A DNA stretch of 64,000 nucleotides, from positions 11,043-75,042 of IMG/VR virus record IMGVR_UViG_3300037608_000032, one strand, 5' to 3'. This DNA comes from a virus. This document shows, in pieces, positions 27,301 through 36,784 of the stretch. Each line of letters opens with the position of its first letter. Positions within the stretch are counted from its first letter, which is position 1. The position numbers and the translations under genes are program-made. The notes below the pieces were generated by a model that saw nothing but the letters and a program-made list of their open reading frames with translations, was not told the origin of the DNA and did no database searches.

Positions 27301-27541
27301 ACTGGCCCGTGAGATGACCCGCGCCGAATTCATGACCCAGGAGCGCAAGGCCTTCATGCGCTTCATGCGGGACGCGCCAGAGACGACGCTCGGATGGTCC
27401 GTGACCTACCGCTGCGACTGCGGCCACGTTGACCGGACGCCGTCCGACGCATGGAGTCATGCCCAGGCCTGCGACGGGACCGGGACGAAGCCAGCGGGTC
27501 AACAGGTGCTCTTCGGAGACCCTTCCCCGGCGAATCAATGA
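27287..27541 (+). CDS. hypothetical protein
   Basis: CDCG...H..C; ATGA overlap with next gene. Confidence 0.55.
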   Translation: MPMPELAREMTRAEFMTQERKAFMRFMRDAPETTLGWSVTYRCDCGHVDRTPSDAWSHAQACDGTGTKPAGQQVLFGDPSPANQ

Positions 27542-28425
27542 ATCAGCGTTGGCGAGAACGACGCGAGAGCTACAGGCCAGCACAAGAGCCTATCGACCCG
27601 AGCAAGTACGGTGTCGAGTTGATCCGAGAACAAGACGCGAAGGCCTACGTTATTCGGCATCATTACTCGGGGACCTACCCGGCGGCGCGTCTTCGGGTCG
27701 GTCTGTTTAGGTCTTTACCGTTCAACGCTCCCGCTTTGGTAGGCGTTGCCGTCTTCTCGGTCCCGATGGTAGGGGCCGTCATCTCGAAGTGGCTCGGAGT
27801 GGAGCCCGCCAAGGGAGTAGAGCTCGGGAGATTCGTGCTGAATGACGACGTGGAGGGGAACGGAGAAACGTGGTTTTTGGCTCGTGCTTTTCGTTTGCTG
27901 GCCCGTGAACTCCAGGAGGTTGAAGGTGTGGTCAGCATGTCAGACCCTGTTCAGCGAAGGTCGGCCTTTGGCGACGTGGTGACTCCTGGACATGTTGGGA
28001 CGATCTACCAAGCGCTGAATGGAAGATTCGTCGGGAGGTCGAAACCGAAGAAGATGGTTCTTGACCAGGAGGGAAGAGCCCTGTCGGAACGTGCCTTGTC
28101 CAAGATACGAAATGACGAATGCGGGGCTCGATACGCCTACGATCAGCTTCTGGACTCTGGAGCTCCAAGACGGGAATTCGGGGAGACCGGGGAGCACTAC
28201 ATAGCCAGAGCGCTACGAGACGGTCCATTCGTCAGGGTCGCTCATCCCGGGAACATAGTCTATGTCTGGGCGACTGAACGGGCGAGCAAGATGACCGTTC
28301 AAGGCCTTCGGGACCCCATGAAGTACCTCAAGGCTCGAGATGCTGTAGTGTGCATGGAGCGAGAGGTCATCGCCAGGGTAGATTCACGCACCTGCAAGCA
28401 ACTTGGACTCTTTCCGGCGATGTAG
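27538..28425 (+). CDS. Mom-family adenine-modification enzyme (GNAT fold)
   Basis: HHYSG, LVGVAVF, VELGRFVL, NGETWFLA, SMSDP, GHVGTIYQALN. Confidence 0.85.
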   Translation: MNQRWRERRESYRPAQEPIDPSKYGVELIREQDAKAYVIRHHYSGTYPAARLRVGLFRSLPFNAPALVGVAVFSVPMVGAVISKWLGVEPAKGVELGRFVLNDDVEGNGETWFLARAFRLLARELQEVEGVVSMSDPVQRRSAFGDVVTPGHVGTIYQALNGRFVGRSKPKKMVLDQEGRALSERALSKIRNDECGARYAYDQLLDSGAPRREFGETGEHYIARALRDGPFVRVAHPGNIVYVWATERASKMTVQGLRDPMKYLKARDAVVCMEREVIARVDSRTCKQLGLFPAM

Positions 28426-28439
28426 GGTATGCTCCCAGC

Positions 28440-30158
28440 ATGGATTCTGATCAAGCCCAGACCCGACTTCAAGAGCTCCACGCTGGCTCGTGTGGCTCTC
28501 TGCACCGGCGCTTCCCCTTGCTCGGGATGGCGCGAGCCCTGCACCACAACAAGCGCGGCCAGCCGATCACGTTCGCCGACAAGCCGTACCTGATTCCCCT
28601 CTACGCATGGATGGACGCGCTCCAAGAGGCCAGCTTTTGCAAGGCGACGTTGACGGGGATCTCGGAGCTGTTCATTCAGAAGATCCTCCACGACGCAGGC
28701 TGGAAGAATCGGATCTGTGCCTACATCATGCCGCAGTATCAGACCTCCGAGCGGTTCGTCGGGGAGCGCATCGACCCCCTGCTGACCGACGTGCCGGCCT
28801 ACGCCGGGCGGGTTCCGGGCGGGGAGTACGGGGCCAACGCGAAGACCCAGGGCTCACTGAAGCGCAAGCGGTTCGGGCCCCTTGGCGGCCTGCTGTTCCT
28901 CGGGAGCAACACGCCATCGGACTTCCTGGAGTTCAGCGCCGACACGGTGATTGTAGACGAGTACGACGCCTGCGAGTTTGAGAACGTGGCGAAGGTCTGG
29001 GACCGGGTTCGGGAAAGTAGTTACCCGCAGGTGTTCAAGGTTTCCAATCCGTCCAGGCCGAAGGATGGCGTCAACAAGATATGGAAGGACGGCTCCCGCG
29101 CCAGGTGGTTTCATCGGTGCCCTGGGTGCGGAGAGCGCCAGCCGCTGGACTGGGAGGAGCACTTCGTCCGCAAGGCCGACGACGGGCGGTGGGTGCCGAG
29201 AGACGACGCTCGAGCCGGGGACCTGATGACCGGGGACCTCCGGCCAGTGTGCCGGCGGTGTCACCAGCCCTGGGAGCGCATCGCCGAGGGGTCTTGCTGG
29301 GTCGGGGAGTTCCCGCAAAAGCCAGCGGCCTTCCACATCTCGCGGTTGGACGTTCTGGCAACGACTCGCGAGCCCCAGCCCGTGCGCCGGTTCTACTCGG
29401 AGTGGTGCGCTGCTCAGGGCAACTCCGCGAAGCTCCGGGCGTTCTCCACGGGCGTGCTCGGGTGGCTCCGGGAAGAGTCGGGCTCGCGGATCTCCGTGGA
29501 GCTCCTCGAACGAGCCGAAGCCGGTCAAGAGCCCCTCGACTACACCGGCGGCGAAGCCTACAAGAAGTTGACCGTCGTGATGGGCGTTGATATCGGGACC
29601 TTGTTGCACGTCTCAATATCGGTCTTGGAGCGGGTCGAAGACCGGTACGTACGGAGGAGAGGACGACTGCTCTGCACGGTCAACACGAAGGACGAGATTT
29701 ACAGGTTGCAGCGGGTCTTCAACGTCGGGACGATGTGCCTGGACGTCGGGCCCGAGACTCGGCTCGTCAAGGAGATTCGGGACCACTTCCAGGAGTCGGG
29801 GGAGTGCGAGGTCTGGCTGTGCCGGTTCTCCCCGACGCCGAGGGTAGGGGAGGAAGCGTTTGGCCTTCGTGTCATGGAGCATGGATGGCAAGAACGAGTC
29901 GTCACGGCGGACCGGACCCAGCTACTCGATACGACCCTTGAGGAGTTGGCTTCAGGTGCAAGGACTTTACCGAGCGACTCGGGAACGGTGCTCGGGTTCC
30001 ATGACCAGATGCGTGCGCCGGTCCGGGTGCTGGACGAAAAGGGGCAACGGTACATCTGGACCGAGGGGTCGGACCCGGACCACTTCCGGTTCGCAGATGC
30101 TTACGAGCGAGTTGCCCAGGAGATGCAGGACCGCGGAGGTGGGTTCTTCTCGGTGTGA
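28440..30158 (+). CDS. terL: terminase large subunit (GpA-like)
   Basis: KATLTGISE, VIVDEYD, SNPS, CPGCG...CRRC, MGVDIG, DHFRFAD. Confidence 0.88.
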   Translation: MDSDQAQTRLQELHAGSCGSLHRRFPLLGMARALHHNKRGQPITFADKPYLIPLYAWMDALQEASFCKATLTGISELFIQKILHDAGWKNRICAYIMPQYQTSERFVGERIDPLLTDVPAYAGRVPGGEYGANAKTQGSLKRKRFGPLGGLLFLGSNTPSDFLEFSADTVIVDEYDACEFENVAKVWDRVRESSYPQVFKVSNPSRPKDGVNKIWKDGSRARWFHRCPGCGERQPLDWEEHFVRKADDGRWVPRDDARAGDLMTGDLRPVCRRCHQPWERIAEGSCWVGEFPQKPAAFHISRLDVLATTREPQPVRRFYSEWCAAQGNSAKLRAFSTGVLGWLREESGSRISVELLERAEAGQEPLDYTGGEAYKKLTVVMGVDIGTLLHVSISVLERVEDRYVRRRGRLLCTVNTKDEIYRLQRVFNVGTMCLDVGPETRLVKEIRDHFQESGECEVWLCRFSPTPRVGEEAFGLRVMEHGWQERVVTADRTQLLDTTLEELASGARTLPSDSGTVLGFHDQMRAPVRVLDEKGQRYIWTEGSDPDHFRFADAYERVAQEMQDRGGGFFSV

Positions 30159-30293
30159 CGGCTACTATAGGTGGAAGTTTCTGCGTTTCTCGCGGCGGGA
30201 CAACCGCCAGTAACGACAAGACTCGCAGTTCAGCAATGCGCACAGGCTATCGGAACAGACCGCCCTTGGCGCGAATGGTCTGCCGAAGAAGCA

Positions 30294-30575
30294 TTACCTT
30301 GGGGAAACGTCAGAGTGAGGATTCGATAAGCAGACATTTTTACATGCCTCCGGGATGACTTCTGACAGTAGTTGCTCGCAGGTGAGAGCTTCTATTTCGA
30401 CGAGGCATTTAGACATGACGAACGGGTCGGACATCGAGCACCAGGGGGCGACCGACAGAGAGACATCCAGCCCGCACGTTTCCGCGTGGTCAGAGTAGAT
30501 GCCGTCCAGGTCCGGGAACAGCCCTCCGCACTCGCCGTCGAAGGAGAGCAGGAGCAGGGCCAGGAGACGGGTCAC
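30294..30575 (-). CDS. small Cys-rich exported protein
   Basis: hydrophobic N-terminus, 7 Cys; GTGA coupling to upstream gene. Confidence 0.55.
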   Translation of the reverse strand: MTRLLALLLLSFDGECGGLFPDLDGIYSDHAETCGLDVSLSVAPWCSMSDPFVMSKCLVEIEALTCEQLLSEVIPEACKNVCLSNPHSDVSPR

Positions 30576-31030
30576 TGTGAATAGCCGGAATACACCGGTG
30601 CGGTCTTGGCCGTGGGTGCAACGGCTGCCGTTGGAGCGACGGCGGCAACCGAAGCCATTGGGGCGGACCCCAGCCGAGAGACGTAGTAGGTGGCTGCTCC
30701 AAGCAGGAAGATCATGAGCGGTTTTTGGGCCCACGAAACGAACGCCGTGAACATGCCCCAGCCGCGCTTGGACCGATCTTTTTCGTCGGCGTCCTTCTTG
30801 GCCACCATGTCGGAGTGGGTTTTCGCCGTAGCGCAAACCATGTCTACCCGTTTGAGAGCTTCGTCAACGCGTCCGGTCCCGAGGAGGATCGCGCTTTGCA
30901 TGACATCGACAGCCCCACGGATCTCGGCTCTCAGGCTTGCTGATTCGGTGGCGTTGGTTCGGAGGAGTTCAAACATGGTCCGCAGGATCTCCTGCGTGGT
31001 TTCGTGGGCTGCCTGCTTCGGTTCGGCCAT
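30572..31030 (-). CDS. coiled-coil membrane protein (holin-like candidate)
   Basis: AGGAGG RBS; hydrophobic segment near C-terminus. Confidence 0.6.
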   Translation of the reverse strand: MAEPKQAAHETTQEILRTMFELLRTNATESASLRAEIRGAVDVMQSAILLGTGRVDEALKRVDMVCATAKTHSDMVAKKDADEKDRSKRGWGMFTAFVSWAQKPLMIFLLGAATYYVSRLGSAPMASVAAVAPTAAVAPTAKTAPVYSGYSQ

Positions 31031-31068
31031 AGAGCCTCCTGCTTCCAGGGTGACACGTCCGAGGCGCT

Positions 31069-31098
31069 ATGACAAGAGGCTTGCAGGCGTGGTAGACT
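31069..31098 (+). promoter_or_regulatory. sigma70-like promoter for portal
   Basis: ATGACA-N18-TAGACT with TGn. Confidence 0.55.
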
Positions 31099-31121
31099 CC
31101 CCGAGTCTTCAAGGAGTTTCC

Positions 31122-33665
31122 ATGTCTCACCCGATCATCCTCTCCACGAACCTAGTCCTTCGGACCGACCGCCAGTCTTTCTCCGGCGGTGGCGGGGCCA
31201 TGATGGTCTCTCCGGGTGGGTCAGCGAGCACCCGAGACCGGACCGGCAAGGCGGCCTTCGCTGCCATGATGACGATGACCGGGCTTCCGGTCGGGTACGC
31301 TGAAAGTACACGAATCCTCACGAATTCTGAACTCTGGCAGGCTTATCGGCTCTGCCCTGACGTGCGGTCGTCTATTGAAACTACCGTTAGGAAGATTTCG
31401 ACTCGAAACTGGGCAGTCAAGCCTCGGCTGGACCCATCTGATCCGCAGTACGAGATGGCTCTTGGGGTGGCCGCACAGGCCGAGACTTTCCTGGGGTCCC
31501 CGAATAAAGACGGGGAAACGTGGCAAGTGGTGTGGTCGAAAGCGATACGGGACCTCCTGGTCTACGATGCCTTCGCTATCGAGCACGTCTTCGACAAGCG
31601 CGGGCGACTGGAAGAGTTGGTGGTGCTCCACGGCGGAAACGTCAACCCCCAGGAAGACCCGTACCAGCGGCTGATGGGGTACTGTCAACTGACCCCGAAC
31701 GGAGCGCCGATATATCTTGAACCGGAGCAGGTACTTTACGCCAACTTGTTCCCGAACACGACGGCACCAGGAGGGACTCCGCTGATCGAGACGTTGATTA
31801 CGGAGATTACCTCCTTGATGCGCCAGTCCAACCACGTCATGCGGGACTTTGATTCGGACGAGGTTCCTCCTGGCGTGCTCGTGCTGATCGGCATCGCGGG
31901 GGAAGCCGCCAAACGAGCGGCGGCGGACTTCCAGCAGAAGAAAGGTCGGGATGACAAGCTCCGCATCATTACCGTCCAGGACCCCACGTCACAGGGCGCG
32001 AGGTGGGTGCAGATGACCCCATCGAACAAAGACATGGACATGACGGAAGTCGTCAAAGAGGTCCGGCGGACGGTCTGGCGGTTGTTCGGCGTGAAGCCGG
32101 TCAGCATGGGCGACACCGAGGCAACCCCACGGGCTACCGCAGAGGTGCAGGCTGTGTCAGAGGAGGGGTCGCTCATCGAGCCGATCCTCGAACTTCTCGA
32201 AGGGCTTATCAACACCCGGACGATGCCCTTGGTCGTCGGGGAGCCCGAACTCGCGAAGCTCGTCTATTTCTCCTACGACTGGGAACAGAAGTACCTGCCT
32301 GAGCAGGAACTCAAGCAGGCCCAGGCGGACGCCTCGGACTTCGACCGGGGGACGATGACCGTGAACGAGGTCCGCGAGCGGCGCGGCCGGGCCCCTGTCG
32401 AGAACGGAGACGTGCCCCTGGTCAAGACCGGTGCCGGGTACGTGCCCTTGTCGTCGGTGGTCATGGGCCAGGCAACGCCGGAAGGAGTGTCGGAGCCCGA
32501 CGCGGGCCAAGACGCGGGGACAGCGCCGGGTGAGACCGAGGGAGACGGGGAGCCCGAAAATGGAGCCCCTGGGACCATCGGGAACGCCAGGCCCAAGGTC
32601 GGCCAGCGGTATCGACCTACCCCGGCGATGCACCGATACAAGCCCCCGCGTGACGTGCCATTTGTGCTGCTCCGGTCAGCGTGCGGGTGTTCCGAGTGCG
32701 AGCCTCGGGTGGTCTATGCCCACAGGTCTACGCTGCCCTCGGAGTGGCAGCCCGACGGGAAGTTCAAGGGATACCGGACGCTTGATCTTTCGCGACTCGG
32801 AGACCAACTCCTGAAGTACTCGTCAGAGGTCACCCCGCTGTATCGACGGGCCCGCATGGACACCGTGGCAGCGGTCCGGTCCTACCTCGGCGATGGCAAG
32901 ATCGACAACCAGGAGATCATCCCGCTTACGGGCAGGATTCGGGACATCCTGGAGACCCTGCACGTCAACTGGCGCATGGTTACCGAGGACATCTACCGAG
33001 TGGCGTCGAAGGTCGGGCGGGATGCAGCCGTGCAGTTCCAGGGTGCGGCCGTGGCACAGGACTGGGAAGTTCGTGGGGCTCGGTACTGCGACAAGGCGAT
33101 GGGGTATCTCGTAGCCCAGGGCGGCTTGGTCAAGGACCTGTCGGACTCCCTGATCCAGCTACTCGTGTCAGCGGTCAGGTGCCGACCTGGTTCCGACGTG
33201 ACCAGGATTCGAGAGCGGCTCACCCGAGCGTGGACTGATGGCCGGGCGGTAGAAGACGACGTGGTGGCGTTGATCGACGGGTCCATTGACACGGGCGCGT
33301 TGCTCGGGTCGGTACGTCATGTTTTCGACTCCAACCAGTTCCGGATCGCCAACTGGCAGGGGAAGTTGGTAGAGTTGTCGAACGAGACCCTGCTGTCAGG
33401 CCTGGCCGAACAGCCCTCGGTCACGGACGCCAACGGGAACACGACCCCGCCGGAAGAATGGTGGTACGACTGGTGCTCGGTTGGAGACAACGCCCGATGC
33501 CCTACATGCGTAACCGAGGGGACCATGAGCTTTCGGCCGGTGTCACAAATGAAAATTCAACCTGGCGGGGAGACCGAGTGCCGCGGAAAGTGTCGGTGCG
33601 TCTTGACCTTCTGGCTTGCGTCGGAGGTCAAGAACGGGACCGCCGTCAGTCTCTCGAATCTCTAA
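31122..33665 (+). CDS. portal protein fused to MuF/gp7-like minor head domain
   Basis: GTPLIE, PPGVL, FGVKP, MTVNEVRERRG; C-terminal W...GD..CPTC...CRC. Confidence 0.87.
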   Translation: MSHPIILSTNLVLRTDRQSFSGGGGAMMVSPGGSASTRDRTGKAAFAAMMTMTGLPVGYAESTRILTNSELWQAYRLCPDVRSSIETTVRKISTRNWAVKPRLDPSDPQYEMALGVAAQAETFLGSPNKDGETWQVVWSKAIRDLLVYDAFAIEHVFDKRGRLEELVVLHGGNVNPQEDPYQRLMGYCQLTPNGAPIYLEPEQVLYANLFPNTTAPGGTPLIETLITEITSLMRQSNHVMRDFDSDEVPPGVLVLIGIAGEAAKRAAADFQQKKGRDDKLRIITVQDPTSQGARWVQMTPSNKDMDMTEVVKEVRRTVWRLFGVKPVSMGDTEATPRATAEVQAVSEEGSLIEPILELLEGLINTRTMPLVVGEPELAKLVYFSYDWEQKYLPEQELKQAQADASDFDRGTMTVNEVRERRGRAPVENGDVPLVKTGAGYVPLSSVVMGQATPEGVSEPDAGQDAGTAPGETEGDGEPENGAPGTIGNARPKVGQRYRPTPAMHRYKPPRDVPFVLLRSACGCSECEPRVVYAHRSTLPSEWQPDGKFKGYRTLDLSRLGDQLLKYSSEVTPLYRRARMDTVAAVRSYLGDGKIDNQEIIPLTGRIRDILETLHVNWRMVTEDIYRVASKVGRDAAVQFQGAAVAQDWEVRGARYCDKAMGYLVAQGGLVKDLSDSLIQLLVSAVRCRPGSDVTRIRERLTRAWTDGRAVEDDVVALIDGSIDTGALLGSVRHVFDSNQFRIANWQGKLVELSNETLLSGLAEQPSVTDANGNTTPPEEWWYDWCSVGDNARCPTCVTEGTMSFRPVSQMKIQPGGETECRGKCRCVLTFWLASEVKNGTAVSLSNL

Positions 33666-33723
33666 CCCGACCGGAGTTAGAGCCGGGCGGGTATTGACGT
33701 CTGGAAAGGGCAATAGGTAATAT
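33662..33723 (+). promoter_or_regulatory. operator + promoter for head genes
   Basis: CTAAC-N9-GTTAG, 13 nt, TTGACG-N18-TAATAT. Confidence 0.7.
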
Positions 33724-33755
33724 CAGGTGCGACAACCTTTCCAGGAGTCCACCTG

Positions 33756-35204
33756 ATGAACCCCCTCGCCGAAGCCCTCAAAGCAGCGTTCTCCCGAGCC
33801 ACGAAGACCGACGAAGGGTTCGTGCTCCGGTCGACGCGCGGAGACTTGCCCTTTCGGATTGACCTGAGGTCCATCGGGACCGTGGAGCATAGATCAAAAC
33901 AGGTGCAAGGAGATATCGTGGTCAGGGCCGAAGGGATGCCCGGACCCGAGATCGAGACCTCGGAGACCTGTGACGATGTGCTCGTGACCGGCACCGCGTC
34001 CTCCACGTCGGTGGACTGGTACGGGACCGAGATGTCCGAGAAGTGCCTCCAAGGCATGGCTGATCAGTTCTCCCGAGGTGTCGGCGTCTTTCCATCGCAC
34101 GGTGGCGGGCTGTTCGGGCCCGGCCTGGAGTGGGATGACGAGATGGGCAAGACCACCGGCGGGGAGGTCTCGCGGGCGCAGGTCGTGGAGCCCTTCGACG
34201 CCACGGAGCCCGGGTGGGCGCTCAAGGTCCTGATGGCCCTGGACGGCGGCATGGAGAAGGTCTGCGAGCTCGCGCGACGACTCGCCAAGGGTCAGCCGAT
34301 CGGCCTGTCCATCGGTGGATGGTTCCGAGAAGTCCGGTATATTGAAGACGAGCGCGGGCGGGAGTACGACCGGATCATCGTCGAAGAGGTCGAACTGGAC
34401 CACCTTGCCATAGTGCGTGCGCCTGCGTGCCCCGACTGCCAGGACTTGGAGCTGCTCTCGAAGGCTGGAGCCGAGTGGAAGCGGGGAGAGCCCACCCCGG
34501 CGATGCCAGAAGAGACCCCCGAAGAGACCCCGAAGGACGAAGCCGAGCCCGCAAGCGAGCCGAGCGCCGAAGTCGAACCCCGTGGCGGTGACGTAGAAGC
34601 CGAGATGGCAGCCCCCGAAACCTCTAACCCGACCGGAGTTAGCACCTCGCAGGGGCTTGACTCTATTTCGATCAACAGTGAGAATCGGGACGTGGCTGAT
34701 GAAGCCGTCCCCACACAGGAGAATGAATCCATGACCCCCGAAGAGCGAGCCCTGTTCGATTCCCTCAAGGCCGAAGTCAACGCCATCAAGGCGGCCCGTT
34801 CCACCCCCGAACCCGCCGTGGAGACTGCCGAAGCCCGCGCGATCCGCCTCGAAGGCGAGCTCGCCCGGTCCCGTCAGGTCATCGCCAACCTGACCAGCCA
34901 GCCTCAAAGGGTAGGTCGTGGTCTCGGCATGGTGAGCGCCAGCGGCCAGGTCTCCGAGGTCGATGCCATGATCAACCGGGCCAAGGGCACCGGCAAGCAC
35001 GAAGCCCTCGTCGGCGTCGTAGAACGGTCGAAAAAGATCCTCTCCGTCGGATTCCGTGCCCGTGGCGAGGAAGTCCGCACGAAGCTCGCGGAAGCCCGCG
35101 ACGAAGCCCCCGACTTCCTCCGAGACGTCTGCGAGGCAGCTCATGCGGACGGCACGCTGTCCGAGTGGTACTCCACGGCCCGCAACGAGACCCTCGTCGG
35201 GTAG
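33756..35204 (+). CDS. prohead protease with C-terminal scaffold
   Basis: GTASSTSVD, PSH, GLSIGG, LDHLAIVRAPA; acidic linker then helical domain. Confidence 0.85.
   Translation: MNPLAEALKAAFSRATKTDEGFVLRSTRGDLPFRIDLRSIGTVEHRSKQVQGDIVVRAEGMPGPEIETSETCDDVLVTGTASSTSVDWYGTEMSEKCLQGMADQFSRGVGVFPSHGGGLFGPGLEWDDEMGKTTGGEVSRAQVVEPFDATEPGWALKVLMALDGGMEKVCELARRLAKGQPIGLSIGGWFREVRYIEDERGREYDRIIVEEVELDHLAIVRAPACPDCQDLELLSKAGAEWKRGEPTPAMPEETPEETPKDEAEPASEPSAEVEPRGGDVEAEMAAPETSNPTGVSTSQGLDSISINSENRDVADEAVPTQENESMTPEERALFDSLKAEVNAIKAARSTPEPAVETAEARAIRLEGELARSRQVIANLTSQPQRVGRGLGMVSASGQVSEVDAMINRAKGTGKHEALVGVVERSKKILSVGFRARGEEVRTKLAEARDEAPDFLRDVCEAAHADGTLSEWYSTARNETLVG
34624..34685 (+). promoter_or_regulatory. 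internal operator + promoter upstream of nested scaffold start
   Basis: CTAAC-N9-GTTAG, 14 nt, TTGACT-N17-GAGAAT; AGGAG + in-frame ATG 34731. Confidence 0.65.
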
Positions 35205-35258
35205 TCCCCGGTATACTTCCGAACCCATTTCAAAAGACTTTCGAACCAGGAGAATCCC

Positions 35259-36233
35259 ATGTCCTTCGCAGATTTCGACGCCGGGCGACGTGAAGCCTTC
35301 CAGCGCAGTCTCGATATCGGCACCGCCGGTACCGTCCTGCTCCAGACCTCCATCTCCAAGGCTGTGCAGCTCGTCACGAACCGACAGCTCGGCATCCAGT
35401 CCACCATCCCCCGCAAGCCGGGCTCCGGTGACGGCTTCTACAGCAACCGTCGGTCGGCGGCTGCCACGGGTGGTTCCTGGGTGGACGATGACGAGGAGAT
35501 CGTGGAGCAGGAGGGTGGATACACCCAGGTCAAGTTCGGCTTCAAGACTCTCCAGGGCCGAATCAAGGTCACCCGCAAGCTGATCGCTCAGGGCCGCAGC
35601 TACGGCGACGTGCTCGCCACGGAGCTGGTCGGCAAGGCGGAAGACTTCGCCCAGGACCTGGAGACCGCCAGCGCCATCGGCGACACAGCCACCAACTCGA
35701 AGTCGATCAACGGGCTCATCACCCTGGTCGGCGCTGTCAGCACCCAGACCGTGGCCAATACCTCGGCGGCCGGGGGGGACGCGCTCTACCTGGATAAGCT
35801 CGACTCGGCCATCCAGAAGGTCAAGGGTTCGAGCATGAAGGCCAACCTCCGGATCTACGGCTCGCAGCTCGGACACCGACTCCTGAACAACGCCCTCCAG
35901 GCGCAGCAGCGGTTCCAGAACATGGTGGAGATCGACGCCGGCTTCGTGGTCGAGTCCTACCAGGGCATCCCGATCGTCGAAAGCAACGGCATCCCCGACG
36001 TGATGACCTTCAACACGACCACGGGCCGTCCGCTCGCCTACAGCACCGGGGCCACCACGGCGCTGATCGTCGTGAACACCCAGTACGTCTTCTACTCCGA
36101 GCTCACCGCGACCACGGTCATGCCGCTCGCCAAGAAGTCCTCGCAGTACGACGAAGTGGACATGTTCAACGACATCGTCCTGGTGCTCGACAACCCCGTC
36201 GGCGCGGCCATCCTCTGCGGCCTGAGCGGGTAA
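35259..36233 (+). CDS. major capsid protein (HK97 fold)
   Basis: position after protease, strong codon bias, YQGIPIVES, following terminator. Confidence 0.88.
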   Translation: MSFADFDAGRREAFQRSLDIGTAGTVLLQTSISKAVQLVTNRQLGIQSTIPRKPGSGDGFYSNRRSAAATGGSWVDDDEEIVEQEGGYTQVKFGFKTLQGRIKVTRKLIAQGRSYGDVLATELVGKAEDFAQDLETASAIGDTATNSKSINGLITLVGAVSTQTVANTSAAGGDALYLDKLDSAIQKVKGSSMKANLRIYGSQLGHRLLNNALQAQQRFQNMVEIDAGFVVESYQGIPIVESNGIPDVMTFNTTTGRPLAYSTGATTALIVVNTQYVFYSELTATTVMPLAKKSSQYDEVDMFNDIVLVLDNPVGAAILCGLSG

Positions 36234-36267
36234 CCAGTCTACCTCAGCCCTTCACGGGGCCTGTTTG

Positions 36268-36302
36268 AGGGCACCTCGGAAACGGGGTGCCCTTTTTCTT
36301 TT
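36268..36302 (+). terminator. intrinsic terminator
   Basis: agggcacctcg-gaaa-cggggtgccct + T tract. Confidence 0.85.
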
Positions 36303-36349
36303 GCCAAAACTGCGCTACACTGGCGAGGAACCCTACAAGGAGGCTGACC

Positions 36350-36781
36350 TTGCCACACGCATCACGGCAGATACCCGACCCTGGCACCTACTCGCATGTT
36401 CTCTTCAGAGCCGACTGGAACCCTGACCCCGAGTACATGGAGAGCATGTACGGCGAGATCGCCAAGAGCCGGTGCATCCAGTGGCCGGAGAGCATCCCGT
36501 TCCCGGCGGCTATTCGCGGGTCGACAAACCGCTGGCTACCGACAGCACAAGATCGCTGCACCTGCATGATGTTCATCCGCAGCGCTCACCTACGATCGAG
36601 GATGACCAAGCTCGGCTGGGTCGAAGTCACCGACCTGTGGCGGGCCCCCACCGAGAAGAAGGTGGTGCTGACTCCCGTGGTAGAGTCCAAGCCCCTCGGT
36701 CCGGCGCTGTCGGTGCCGGTCCCCCCGGCGAAGCGAGACCTGACCGGGGTCAACGCCAAGCGGCAAGCGGCGAAGAGGTAG
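36350..36781 (+). CDS. hypothetical protein
   Basis: AAGGAGG + TTG. Confidence 0.6.
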   Translation: MPHASRQIPDPGTYSHVLFRADWNPDPEYMESMYGEIAKSRCIQWPESIPFPAAIRGSTNRWLPTAQDRCTCMMFIRSAHLRSRMTKLGWVEVTDLWRAPTEKKVVLTPVVESKPLGPALSVPVPPAKRDLTGVNAKRQAAKR

Positions 36782-36784
36782 TCC

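Noticed and set aside
30160-30293. Possible small gene or ncRNA after GGCTACTAT
   Set aside because: No convincing RBS, ORF or fold could be supported by eye
33894-35876. 660-aa minus-strand ORF
   Set aside because: Antisense shadow of codon-biased protease and capsid genes
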